A stretch of DNA of 64,000 bases from the NCBI GenBank assembly GCA_963773065.1, contig CAVYZN010000023.1:96001-160000 (forward strand), written 5' to 3'. The position numbers were made by a program, and so were the translations under genes. Numbering within the stretch: the first letter of the stretch is position 1; each line of letters opens with the position of its first letter. This document shows positions 49,807 to 61,623 of this stretch, piece after piece. Below the pieces are notes generated by a model that was not told the DNA's origin, ran no database searches, and saw only the letters and a list, made by a program, of their open reading frames with translations. This stretch comes from an uncultured Gammaproteobacteria bacterium (GTDB lineage: Bacteria > Pseudomonadota > Gammaproteobacteria > UBA9214).

Positions 49807-50933
49807 GCGCCCGCCTCTCCGGAAGTCATAAAAAGCCCGGAACCATGGACCGCAAATAATCTGATAGTGTCATATTGTCTTAAATGACGGTTTTTCAGGA
49901 CTTCAGGACAAGGTGTCCTGAGTTCCTGCTGACCTGTAACAATCCGGTAACAATGGGTGGGTACGATAGGACATACGATCAGGCGATTATATGCCACCAT
50001 GGCAGCTACCCAGGTTAAAATGGGACAGCCGGGTTGCAATAAACATGAGCCGGCTTCCTGGCCGGTAAACTATCATGGCAAGCAATGCCCACTACTCATA
50101 GATAGTCCCCAATTGTGTGCAATTAACATCCAAGCGCACCTTAGAAGTGCACTTTATAAAGGCGAGTAACCGGAGATTGCTGAATATACTTATTGTCAGT
50201 ATAGCTTTATGAAGGTATACTCAATGTTAGCATTTAAGCTTTTGCTGATGCGACGGAGGTCGGTGCGCGCACCACGTGCGAAAGCCGTTTTTGCAAGATT
50301 TCCTTGATGAGATTTCTGCGGAAATACAAGTTGACCCTATCGACGGACTTTGCCGGACAACCGGCAAAGAAAGTTCGGCAGGCAAACGCGGGCGCCGCAC
50401 CGATTGGACTGATTGGGATCATCCTGGTTAGTGATTACCGGTAGCAGACATAGGCAAGTGGTCTATTATTTGCTTAATGTCTGTCGAGGTAAAATCGCCG
50501 CGGAGTAGCATCGACCGTTTTTTTTAGTTCGCTGGGTTGCACGGAAGGTACTCAGGGAAACAAATGCACTTAACAATAATCCGGAGAGACGCCGTCCATG
50601 ATTGACCTAATCAATCCACACTCCCACCTCGAGTGCCATTACGACGCACCGCCAGGCAACTCACAACCCGCTCCCAGGCAACGTCGCGCCAGTTGTAGGG
50701 TGAAAAGTTGAAGATCGCCGTTGCATTATTTTCGACGGAGCACTCCAGGCTCTGTTGTAACCCATCTGAAACCCCGTCCCGGGTATCGTGGTTAAGCGGG
50801 TTACCCAATAGAATCCTGGCCGATGACACCAGGGCTCCACGCGCCATCAGAGGAAACCAACACTTAACGACGCGAGCGGCTGCTTATCTCAGCCGTTCAC
50901 GCAACTGTCATCTATTACGGAGGAGTTATAGCC

Positions 50934-52506
50934 ATGTCTCATAGCAAGTCACCAACAAGATTACCTACCATGCTGGCTTTTGTGGCGCTGGGCCTACTCT
51001 TGGTGCACGACGCCTTCGGCGCCATAACCTGTAGAAAGAACACGACTCTCGCAAGGGCATGCAGCTTACAGTACCTCCTGCCCTACCGGCTGGACGAAAA
51101 TTTCCTCCAGCTGCAGCACCCAGACGGTTGGCGGCAGCATCACCTACATCAATCATCATGGAATAGGCATCAAATGCACTTGGCAGGAATTTCAGGGCGA
51201 GTGGTCGTCCAATCCCGGCATTGCCCCAGACCCGATCAGCGTGTCTCAGACGGTGGAAGGAGAAGGCAATTACGCCACTTGTGGTGGCTGGGATACCGCT
51301 TCCGTCCCTCCCGGAGCCCCAGATTTCAGCACGGCGCCGTACGGTTCTGGCAAATTCTTATTCAAGGTCAAGTACGAATCCGCGGCTCCCCTGACATGTA
51401 TCGAAGACCCCAATGCGGGGATCGGCAACAACTGCATCAAGACCGACGCGCAGAATCCCAAGCACGGTGATAGTGGCGGCACCACGCCCCCCGGGGCCAG
51501 CCGCGCCTGCGCGCTCAACAGCCCTGGGGGCGGTACCACGCTTACATACACGTTCGCCTGCGCGGACGGCGTGAGCGTGAGGGGATTTCTGACGCTGGTA
51601 CCAAGACTTGACGGTAACCCGCAATCGAACCCGAGTGGTTGGGCTGGAAGCTTTACGAACTGTAGCGATGCGCGCATCGCCGCCGGCGCGTGCACGATGC
51701 AGCTCGGTGGAATCCCCACGAAGACGGTGAAAGTAAAAGGACAGAACGTGACGGTCGTCGACTCCGCCGCGTGCGAGGCTGCTTTTCCGGCGGGATCGGT
51801 GGTTAACGCATTGGGTACGAGTCAGACGCAGAATTTGGACCTGAAGGAAATACTCTTCTATAAGGAAGTCGCCTCTGAGGGAATCTGCGACGCCACCACC
51901 CTACTGCCCACCGTGGTCGGTCTCCCGGCGGCGGCATACGGGCGCTATTGCCAGTCAGACCTCGGCGTGTTCTACGACAACGTGACCGGCAATATATTCA
52001 CTGGTGATTCGTCGATCCTCGAAGGTTTTGACAATGAGTTACGCGTATGCCCACCAGGGCCTGACGGGGTGCGTCACACGGCCACCCAAGATGTAGAGCA
52101 GGTTAAGCTGAGCGGCGTCACACTGGAACCACAAGGTCCTCTGAACCTGAACTGCACTTCAGGCGGTAATACCGACTCGGGCAATTACAAGGTCAAGATT
52201 CCCGACCAATCCCCATTGTTATCGGTGGACATCGACACTAGCCCACTGAGCACCGACGCGCCAAAACTTGAGGGCGTTTCTCCGACCAGTGCCGCTATTA
52301 TTGTCGACACCGACGGGGTAAGGAAGCTGGAGTTGACCTACCCGACATGTCCGGATTTGTCGGCAAACATCATAAGCAGGTATCAGCCGACGAATAATTC
52401 CAACGTCACGTTGCATCTGGAGGGCCAGACCAACGGGGCGGGCGCCGGAAGCCTTGGCCCGGTACTTTTCGAGGGCGAATTCACCATCAAAGTGAACGGC
52501 CTGTAA
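50934..52506 (+). CDS. Cys-rich exported hypothetical protein (indels in the 5' part)
   Basis: SD GGAG, signal peptide ending AFG-A, and a long open frame 51241..52506 with 13 Cys. No family recognised. Confidence 0.65.
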
Positions 52507-52516
52507 TTATAACTAG

Positions 52517-52647
52517 GGAAGCTCTGATTAAGTCCGTTCGTGGTGAGCCTGTCGAACCATGAACGGACAAATCGCCTGACATTTATGGCATTTCCCGTTC
52601 ACCCTTCGACAAGCTCAGGGCGAACGGGAGACTTGATCAGAGCTTCC
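52517..52647. mobile_element. IS5-like MITE carrying internal REP-type palindromes
   Basis: TIRs GGAAGCTCTGATTAAGTC / GACTTGATCAGAGCTTCC (1 mismatch), CTAG on both flanks, and internal GTGAGCCTGTCGAACC...CCCTTCGACAAGCTCAGG. Confidence 0.8.
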
Positions 52648-52752
52648 CTAGCGAGGGAAGGGTCGCATTACTGCGCCCTGCACCCCGGGGCCTCATGCGG
52701 CGCAGGGTCGTTTCTTTGACTATGCGCGGCCTAAGAGGTTGAGGTAGAGATT

Positions 52753-55700
52753 ATGAGCACGCGAGGATCCCACGGCTATTTTTCCGGTGTGCCGGCTGGG
52801 GTATTACTGTTCGCGGCCGGCACCGTTCTTTCAGTTGCCCATGCCGACGTCACGTCCAGCGGCCTGGGTACCGTCGTCAATCAACCGGCTGCCGGTGTCT
52901 TCGATATCACCGGCGGCACGCGGCCGGGCGGCGGAGCCAATCTGTTCCACAGCTTTGGCGACTTCAGTCTGGATGCAGGCCAGAGCGGTAACTTCATCAA
53001 CAATTCCGGTCTGTCCACCACGAACGTCATCGGGCGCGTCACCGGCGGAAATCCATCGAATATCTTCGGGACGATTCAAACCACGGGTTTTCCGGGCGCC
53101 AATCTGTATTTAATGAATCCCGCCGGCATCCTCTTCGGACCGACGGCTCAACTGAACGTCGAGGGATCCTTCCACGCCACAACCGCCGATTACATCAAGC
53201 TCGGTTCTGACGGTATTTTCTACGCAGATGCGGCAAATGCCAGTGTCCTCAGCGCATCCCCACCCTCGGCCTTCGGCTTCCTCAGCGCCAATCCCGCTTC
53301 GATTGAGGTTCAGACGGGTGGAATAGACTTCGACACATTCCAGCCGGCAGCGCTCCTCCAGGTCCCGGAAGGCCAGACGCTCTCGCTGGTTGGCGGCAAC
53401 GCGCCGGGAAGTGACATTCCGGGTGTCAGCATCGGCGCCCTGGATGGCAGTACGCCGGGTTACGTGCTGGCGCCGGCCGGCCGCGTCAACCTGGTGAGCG
53501 TGGCGTCTGCCGGGGAGGCGACGTTCGATGGGGTGGGATTCAATGTCGATGGCTTCGCCGAGTTGGGTGGCGTCAAGGTCGGGACCGGCAGCCTCGTGGA
53601 CGGCAAGGAGATTTTCATCCGCGGTGGACGGCTGGTCATCGACGACGGCGTCGTGTTGCCCGGGGCATTTGCGTTCGAGTTGTCGTTCGTCGGTCTGTCG
53701 CCGCTGCCGGACGGCGGCCAGGTCAATATCAAGGTTACCGATGACGTGACCATAAGAGGAACGTCGTTCGAGCCGCTGACTTTTGCGGCTCCGGGGATCT
53801 TTGTCTATACGGGGGACCCTTTGGGCAACTCCGTATCGCCCGAGGCCAAGCTGCCTGACGTGAGGATCGACGCGGGCTCCGTGTCGATATCGGGATTCGC
53901 GGCCATCCAGGCGCAACGCAATGCGCCCGATAGGTTCGGCGAAAAAACCGGAAATGTCGAGATCAACGCGAACAAGGTGACGGTGGAAAGCGGTGGATCG
54001 ATCGTGCTGATCAACGCCATTCAGGGCGACGGCCCCAGCCTGACGATCAATGCCAAAGAGGTGGACGTGTCGGGCGACGGCAGCTTCAGCGCGTTCGGCT
54101 TCGAGGGGTTTGCGGCCCAGGGTCTGCGCAATCCCGCCTATCCGTTCAGTGCCATCGCGGCCGAACTCATCACGGCCGACAGCGGCAACATCACGATCAA
54201 CGCCAGTGACAGTCTGAGCGTTCGCGGTCTGGGCCAGGTCACGACCGACAGCCTCAATTTCGGGCGCGCCGGTGATATCACGATAAACGCCGGCAATGTC
54301 CTGGTGGCGGGGACCGGCGACCCGCAGAGCGCCCTGATCGGCTCGCAGAGCAACTTCGCCGGCGATTCCGGCAACATCGTGATCAACGCAACCGGAACAA
54401 TCACGGTCAAGGACGGCGCCCGCGTCACTAGCGCGTCACTCGGCTCGGGCAACGCGGGTAATGTCACCTTGAGCGCCGGCGGGCCGGTCACCCTCTCCGG
54501 CGCCGACGCCCGCATCGTGGGCGCGACTTTCCAGCCGCCCGACGATCAGTTGAATGCGCTGTTCGAGTCGGTGTTTTTCGAGAGCTTCGATTCCCTACGC
54601 GCTGAAATGGGAAATCCCAACGCCAGCCTCATGGAGGTCCTCGCCTACCTGCGGGACGTGCGCGGACTGGTGCCGATCCCCGACCTCGACCTCATCCCCG
54701 GCGATGGGGGCGCGATTACGATCACTACGCCGGAGTTGACTATGAATGCCAGGACGAGAATAGAAACGTCGACAGGTTGGGAAGGTAATGCGGGCAGCGT
54801 GGAGGGGAATGTGGGCTCCTTGTTCGTGAATGCCGGCGCCGCGATCCGCAGTCGCAGCGGCGTTGAGTTTCTCGATGGCACGGCCGCCGTCGGTCCTGGC
54901 GACGGTGGCGCAATAAATATCAATGCCACCGACACCGTCTCGATCTCAGGCACAGACAGTACAATTTCGACGAGCACATTCGGCGATGGCAACGGCGGCG
55001 ATATTCTTATCAACGCTGGCAAGGGTGTGAAGATACTCAACGGTGGACGCGTGGCAGCTGATAGCGGCGGAACGCTAGCGGATCAACAGTTCTCCGGCAG
55101 CGGGCTCGCCGGCAACATCAGTATCACGTCCGGTGGTTCGATCAACATGGACAATGGCACCATGTCGACGCGGGCGATCACCTCAGATGGCGGCAACATC
55201 GCGCTGACTGCCCCGGAGCGGGTTTACCTGCTTGACTCGGAAATCACTACCTCGGTCGAGAGCGGCTTCGGCGGCGGCGGCAACATCAACATCGATCCGC
55301 AATTCGTGATCCTCAACCAGAGCAACATCCTCGCGAATGCCTTCGGCGGGCCTGGCGGCAACATCAACATCGTGGCGGACAACTTCATCATTTCAGCGCA
55401 AAGCCGGGTTGACGCCTCTTCCGCGCTCGGCATCGACGGCACGGTCAATATCAGCTCACCGGACGCAGGATGTCGCCCAGGAACTTGCCGTACTGCCCGA
55501 GAACTTCCTGGACGTGACCGGCCTCATCAGCGACCGCTGCGGTGCAACAGCCGGCGCGAGCAGTCTGGTGTCTGCGGGCCCCGGCGGGCTGACGATCGAT
55601 CCGGACGGTTATCTGCCGAGTTTTGTGGCAATGACCAACGCGGGATACAAGGAAAAGGGAAAAGCAGCGCGGTCAACAGCGGTAAACCCTGGTGGGCGCT

Positions 55701-55753
55701 GGCTGCGGATCACGTCAGCGATACAACTCGCCCAGGTGACCTGCACGCGTTAA
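52753..55753 (+). CDS. TpsA / filamentous-haemagglutinin N-terminal domain exoprotein (indel near 55465)
   Basis: Signal peptide, TPS domain NLFHSFGDFS...RVTGGNPSNIFG...NLYLMNPAGILFGP.A.L, G.AG.I.INA beta-helix repeats, and C-terminal LPENFLD...I.DRC...SS....GPGGL. Confidence 0.9.
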
Positions 55754-55824
55754 AAATACTGTCATTACAGAAACGATCAGCATGCCGGCTTGCCATGCAG
55801 AACCGGCAGTGGGAGTATTGCGCC

Positions 55825-57582
55825 ATGGATGCGGGACTACGGCCATGTCAGCCCTCTCGCGGGCGTATCGTGCTTGCCTGCTGGGTCTAGGGCTGTGTGG
55901 CGGTCCGGCCTACGCACAGAACCGCTCGGCCCCGGCGCACCGGGCGAGACGGCCCCCGGTGGTATCCCCAGGCCGGGTGAATTTCGACCGCAATTGCCTC
56001 GAGCCCGGCGCACCACCCCAGGCGCCGGTCGAAGTCCCTCGGGAAGCCCCGCTGCCCAGGAGGAGAAAAGACGCCCTATGGCGTCAGGGTCTTCGTCAAG
56101 GAGATTCGTCTCACGGGCAACACGGTCTTCAGCACCGAGGAGCTCAAGAAAATCACGGCGCCTTACGAAGGCCGCATCGTGGCCAGCAGCGAGCTCGAGG
56201 ATCTCCGCGTTGCCCTGACCCGCTATTACATCGACCACGGCTACATCAATTCCGGCGCCGTGATTCCCGACCAAAAGGTTGTCGATGGGGTCATCCAAAT
56301 GGTGATCGTCGAGGGCCGTCTGACCGACATCGAGGTCACCGGGAACAAGTATCTGAATTCCGACTATATCAAGGACCGGCTCAGGCTCGGCGCCGGGCCA
56401 CCGCTCAATGTCAAGGATCTGCAAGAGCAGATCCAGATAATGCTCGAGTCGCCCGTGATCGAAACCATGAATTCGCAACTGCAGACCGGGCGACCGGCCG
56501 GGAGAGGCCAACCTTACCACCCGTGTCAAGGAGGGCCCGCGAGTCCAGTTCATTCCGGTTATCGACAACCGGCTGTCACCGCCCCTGGGCGATGTCCGGG
56601 TGCTGCCGCAGGTCTATGTCTACGACCTGACCGGTCGCGGGGACGTGCTCAGCACTAACGTTGGTTATGCTGAAGGACTGACGGATGCCAATGCCAACTG
56701 GGCCGTTCCCCTGAATGCCCATGACACCACACTCACCCTGCTCGCCGAGCACACGGACTCGCAGGTTGAAAACGGGCCATTCCAGGATCTGGACATCAAA
56801 AACAAGACCCAAACCCTCGGCTTCAGGCTGGGTCATCCCTTCTACCGCACCCCGAGCCAGAACTTCAGCATGGCGCTGGGGCTGGATCTCCGCAAGAGTC
56901 ATTCCGAACTGCTCGGCGAGGACTTCGCCTTTACGCCGGGCGTACCCTCGGATGGCGAGGTGAAGGCCAGCATCATCCGATTCTCCCAGGACTGGACAAA
57001 GCGCGGGGCGAAGCAGGTGCTGGCGGCGCGCTCCCAATTCAGTGTAGGTATCGATGCACTTCGATGCAACGACCAATTCGGACAATCTCCCCAGCGGGAA
57101 GTTTTTTGCCTGGCTCGGCCAGTTCCAGTGGGTGAGACGTCTGGGAGAGGACTGGGGAGAGCTGATTTTTCGAACCGATACGCAACTGACCAACGACGAC
57201 CTCTTCACGATGGAGCAGTTCTCGGTCGGAGGGGCGCTCAGTGTGCGCGGCTACCGGGAAAACCAGATTGTGCGCGACTACGGCTTATGACATATCGCTG
57301 GAGTACCGCTATCCGCTCATCAAGGATCCGAGTGGCCGGAGCATCCTGGCGCTGGCGCCTTTCGTGGATGGCGGCGGCGCCAAGAACAACGATCTGCCCA
57401 ATGGTCCGAACCCGACGTTTCTGTACAGCGCCGGCGCGGGCCTGCGCTGGGATCCGATACCCAAAATTCACGCGCAGGTCTATTGGGGCCACGGGTTCCG
57501 CAGTGTAGACAATGACGACCACACCCTGCAGGACGACGGCGTTCACTTCCTCCTGAGCGCCAACCTGTACGAGTGGCCCTAA
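55825..57582 (+). CDS. TpsB (ShlB/FhaC/HecB) outer-membrane transporter (multiple indels)
   Basis: POTRA F.VKEIRLTGNTVFS.EEL...LTRYYIDHGYINSGAVIPDQ...VEGRL, EQFSVGG..SVRGYRE and a terminal DDGVHF motif. Start 55825 or 55845. Confidence 0.9.
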
Positions 57583-57592
57583 ACGTAAAATT

Positions 57593-57656
57593 GACCACGG
57601 AAATACACGGACAAGACACTACTGATTTCAGTGCAGTTCCGTGTGGTTCCGTGGCT
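57593..57656. repeat. REP-like inverted repeat between converging tpsB and CHAT genes (possible bidirectional terminator)
   Basis: CCACGGAAATACACGGA ... TCCGTGTGGTTCCGTGG imperfect inverted pair. Confidence 0.55.
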
Positions 57657-57686
57657 ATTATCAGGACTGCAGCTACCCCACTGGTC

Positions 57687-59999
57687 CTAGAGCCAGTTTC
57701 CGATTAACAGAAACGGCGACCAGTAGCTTGGGTGGTCGTAACGGCGATCCTTGAGCAGCTTGAGCTGTGCCTGCTGCAGTGCCTTGGCCTTGGATATGCC
57801 TGGTTCCTTGAGGTCCTCGTAGAAATCGGCGACGAGAATCGACGATGCCTGGTCGTTGATGTACCACAACGTCGCCAGGGCGCTCCTCGCGCCGGCCTTG
57901 ACGGCGATGCCTCCGAGACCCAGGGCGGCCTTGTCATCCCCCACCGCGGTCTGGCAGGCGCTGAGCGTCAGCAGTTCGACCGGTTGCTTACGGTACGTCG
58001 TGCTGGCCATATACCCTTGAAGCGTATCCATGTTCAGTTTGCCGTCGTAGGTCAGCAGGAAGGTATTCTGCGCATCCTTCTCAAATTTCCCGTGCGACGC
58101 CACGTGGACAATCGAGTAAGGCCGTTCATCCAGATCCTTCTCGAAATTCGACAGGGTAAACGTGCTGTTCTCCAGCATGGCCCCGTCGTAGAGCCTGTGG
58201 ATCCGGGTAATCTCTTCTGCGACATTGGGCAGGGGCGGAAAGCCCTGCACGCTGTCCGTCAATCCCGCCGCCAGCAACTCGATATGTTCCCGCGGCAGCG
58301 GCCGGGGGTCGGTCAGCGTCAGGCCGGGTATGGTCGCCACGGCATACCGGGCAATGAGAAAGTTCTTACCGTCGTAGAGCGCGGCGAGGGGAATGGTACG
58401 CAGCGCGCCGTCAGGGATAAAGACCAGCGTGTCGATATTCTGCGCTTCCAGATCCTTTTCCAGCGGTTGAATCAGCCAGGCGTAGATCTTCATCGCATTC
58501 CGCCGGTACTGGTTCGTCGTGCGCTTCTCCAGGAGCGCGCGGAAGTTGTTGACCTCCTCGTTCAGCACTTGCGCGCCGACCGGAACGCTGTAGCGCTTCA
58601 TGCCGTCCGGCAAGCTGAGCAGGATTTCGAGACGATCCGGGAGGACGATCGGGTAAATAGCCGCCGTGCGTTCACCCAACGAGTCGATACCCGTTGTCTT
58701 GGCCTTGAGCGCGGCGACGCAATCGTCCCGGAAGTAATCTTCCAGTTCTGCGCCCTTGAGCATCTCCACCGTGGAGCGCACCTCGCGCAGGTCTGCCTCG
58801 GCTGCCGGCGTGCCGGCACGGGCAGCCGCTCTTTTCAGCAGCAGATCGGCCAGATCCAGATACAGCTGCCCTGCTTCCTCACGGAAATCAGCCGTGCCTG
58901 CCCATGTAGCCCGCCACCAGTTCCGGTCGAATCGACTGCAGGTCGCTAACGGCGCGCTGGTAGGCATTGATCGCCGCATCGGTATTGCCCTCGGCCCGTA
59001 ACAGGCGCGCCTCCTGCCATTCCCAACGATAGCGGATCTCCGGCGCCTGCGTCTTTTCCAGTCTTTGCAGGGCCTTGACGGTATATGCTCATGGCGTCTT
59101 CGGTACGCCCTTCCTGTTCGTAGAGCGCACCCAAGTAACCATAGGCATAGGACATTGCCCGATTATCGTCGACCGATTCAGCCACGGTGGCGGCCTCGTT
59201 CAGGGCCTGATACGCAAGCCGCTGCAATTCGTCCGTCGCAGCCCCGGGACTTGCTGGCCAGGCGCAAATAAAGCCGACCGATACTGGTCAGTACAAATGC
59301 CTTTTCGTGCGAGGCCGGAAGCGCCTTCGCTTGTCCCGCCGCACGATTCAGCTCTACCAGGGCTTCCTTCTCGCGCTTGCTTTCGACCAACGCCCTTGCA
59401 ATATTGACCGATCCCTTGGCGGCCAGGCCGTTATTCCCGGCCGCTTGCGCATCGGACACGGCCTGTTGATAGACCGGAATGGCTGCATCGTAATCACCCT
59501 CTGACGCAAGCAGACTGCCCAGATTGTTACCGGCTACAGCGGCCGAAGCCGGCCGGCCGGCCGCGCGTTCTTCCGCTGTAGCCTTTTCGAGCAGCGTTCT
59601 CGCCTCGTCTGTGCGATTGGAGAGTAAATAGGCCGTGCCCAGGCTGCTCGCCACCTGGGTGGCAAGCTGTTCATCACCGGCTGCCTGCGCCAGCTTCAAT
59701 CGCTGATTGAAGGCTACTGATCGCCTGGTAGGAATGCCCATGGACAGATAGGCTTCGGCCTTGTTCTGAAGTACACGCGCCTGGCCACCCTTGTCGTTCG
59801 TCCGTCGATATTCGTCAAGCGCGACATTCCAGGCCGCCAGGGCTTCTTCGAACTGGCCATCGTTAAAATACTTCTTCCCGGTATTAACCTGTTCTGCGGC
59901 CGATGCGCTGGTCGAGGGCTCGGCAGCAGCCAGTACCGTAGCGGTAAAGAGGAAACAGACAGTGATGCACAAGACTTTCAACTGGAAGCTCCGTTCCAT
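57687..59999 (-). CDS. exported TPR + CHAT caspase-like protease (several indels)
   Basis: Signal peptide (...TATVLA-AA), TPR helices, AELEDYFRDDC, FIPDGALRTIPLAAL, catalytic HVASHG and LTLSACQTAVGD, SALATLW and HPSYWSPF.LIGNWL. Confidence 0.9.
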
Positions 60000-60193
60000 T
60001 TTCTAATCTCCTAGTGGCTGCGCCGCACGGAATGCCCGAAGTATTACATACTCTGGCAGGTGTACCTATGCCTCAATGGATTCTTGGAAGCCTGCCCCTC
60101 ATTTTCTGGCATCACCTCCGGTTCTTCAATGCTGGCTGACCCGGCTGCATGAGCTGCACGAGCGCCTGGTCTAGAAATAAAGCGCTCAATGCC

Positions 60194-60265
60194 AGGCGTA
60201 AATCCAGCCTGGAAACGGTGTTCGGTATCATCAAGGAAATGCTCGACTTTCGGCGATTTCACCTG
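60194..60265 (+). pseudogene. transposase C-terminal remnant (IS1182/IS5-like)
   Basis: RRKSSLETVFGIIKEMLDFRRFHL resembles the R...VEPVFG.IK..LGFR.F.L DDE C-terminal motif. Confidence 0.5.
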
Positions 60266-60308
60266 TGCGTGGAAGCCACGGCACCGCCCGATCTGATATG
60301 TTTACGAC

Positions 60309-60527
60309 ATGGCCGGGAAACTCAAGGAGCCCATGGTGATCACCGACTACCGGCGAGAACCGGTGTGTATCTTGCCGGTCGGGTTCTATTTCGACGATGA
60401 CCGCTGGGAAAAGATCTGGCGGCGCTTCGATGAAAAGGGCGCGCCGCTGACGCGCGATGACCTGGTCGAACTGTTTCCGGAAGAACCGGTCCTGCAGCAC
60501 AACCGGGTGAACCCCGATCACGGCTGA
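60309..60527 (+). CDS. small hypothetical protein
   Basis: 72-aa ORF with host-like codon usage and a plausible globular composition. Confidence 0.6.
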   Translation: MAGKLKEPMVITDYRREPVCILPVGFYFDDDRWEKIWRRFDEKGAPLTRDDLVELFPEEPVLQHNRVNPDHG

Positions 60528-60660
60528 TTACGCTTCACTGTCGGGATAGACCATTCGGTGCGCACGGCGCATCCTACGTCACCCGCGGCTTAATACGGAT
60601 TTGTTATTCCGTGTCCTTCCCAGTGATTCCATGCCCATTCGATCTTATAGGCGAAATCCA

Positions 60661-61546
60661 TCACCGCCCCGCCTGCAGGGCCGCGATGCGTTCCTCCAGC
60701 GGCGGGTGGCTCAGGAACAGTCTCCCCAGCCCGGCTCTCAACCCGCCGCTGATGCCGAAGGCGGCGAATTCGCCCGGCAGGTGCCTGTGGTTCATGCGCC
60801 CGCTGCAGCGCCTGCAGCGCGCCGATCATCTTGCCGCGGCCGGCGAGCGAGGCGCCGCCGGCATCGGCGCGGAATTCGCGCCGGCGCGAGAACCACATCA
60901 CGATGATCGTGGCGAGGACGGAAAGAAATATCTGGGCCACGATGGAGGTAATGTAATAGGCCGGACCGTAGCCGCGTTCGGTCTTGAACACCACCCGGTC
61001 CACCACGTGGCCGATGACGCGCGACAGGAAGATGACGAAGGTATTCACCACGCCCTGCAGCAGGCCCATGGTGACCATGTCGCCGTTGCTGACGTGGGTA
61101 ATCTCATGCCCCAGCACCGCCTCGACCTCATCGGCGTTCATGTTCTGCAACAGCCCGGTGCTGACCGCCACCAGCGCATTGTTGCGGCTCATGCCGGTGG
61201 CGAAGGCATTCGGTTCCGGGGCGTTGAAGATACCGACCTCGGGCATGCCGATGCCGGCCTGTTTGGCCTGACGCCGCACGGTCTCGACCAGCCACTGCTC
61301 CGTTTGGCTTCGCGGCTGCTCGATGACCTGCACCCCCATGGAATGCTTCGCCATGAACTTGGATAGGGCCAGCGAGATGAAGGAACCGCCGAAACCGATC
61401 ACGGCCGACATCACCAGCAGGGCCTGCAGGTTCAGGTCCACATGGTTCGCCTGCAGGATGCCATCGATCCCGAGCACCTGGAAAACGATGCTGATCAACA
61501 CCAGCACCGCGGCATTGGTGGCCAGAAACAGTAAAATTCGCATCAT
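60661..61546 (-). CDS. htpX: zinc metalloprotease HtpX (indel near 60790)
   Basis: [40 protein letters not shown], and [12 protein letters not shown] in a shifted frame. Confidence 0.95.
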
Positions 61547-61588
61547 GGGGTTTATCTCCTGGTCGTAACGAAAATCCGCACACCCCTT

Positions 61589-61616
61589 AGATGGTGGCGG
61601 GGGAAAAAAATTCAAT
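61589..61616 (-). promoter_or_regulatory. possible sigma32-type promoter for htpX
   Basis: Minus strand ATTGAA...CACCATCT; htpX is a known RpoH target in proteobacteria. Confidence 0.45.
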
Positions 61617-61623
61617 CCCGCAC

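Noticed and set aside
50598-50615. FNR/CRP box
   Set aside because: The spacing is one base short of TTGAT-N4-ATCAA and no promoter context is established, so it is not listed as a feature.
52753-57582. Contact-dependent inhibition (CdiA/CdiB/CdiI) system
   Set aside because: TpsA is only about 1000 aa, has no VENN/pre-toxin or toxin tip, and no immunity gene follows.
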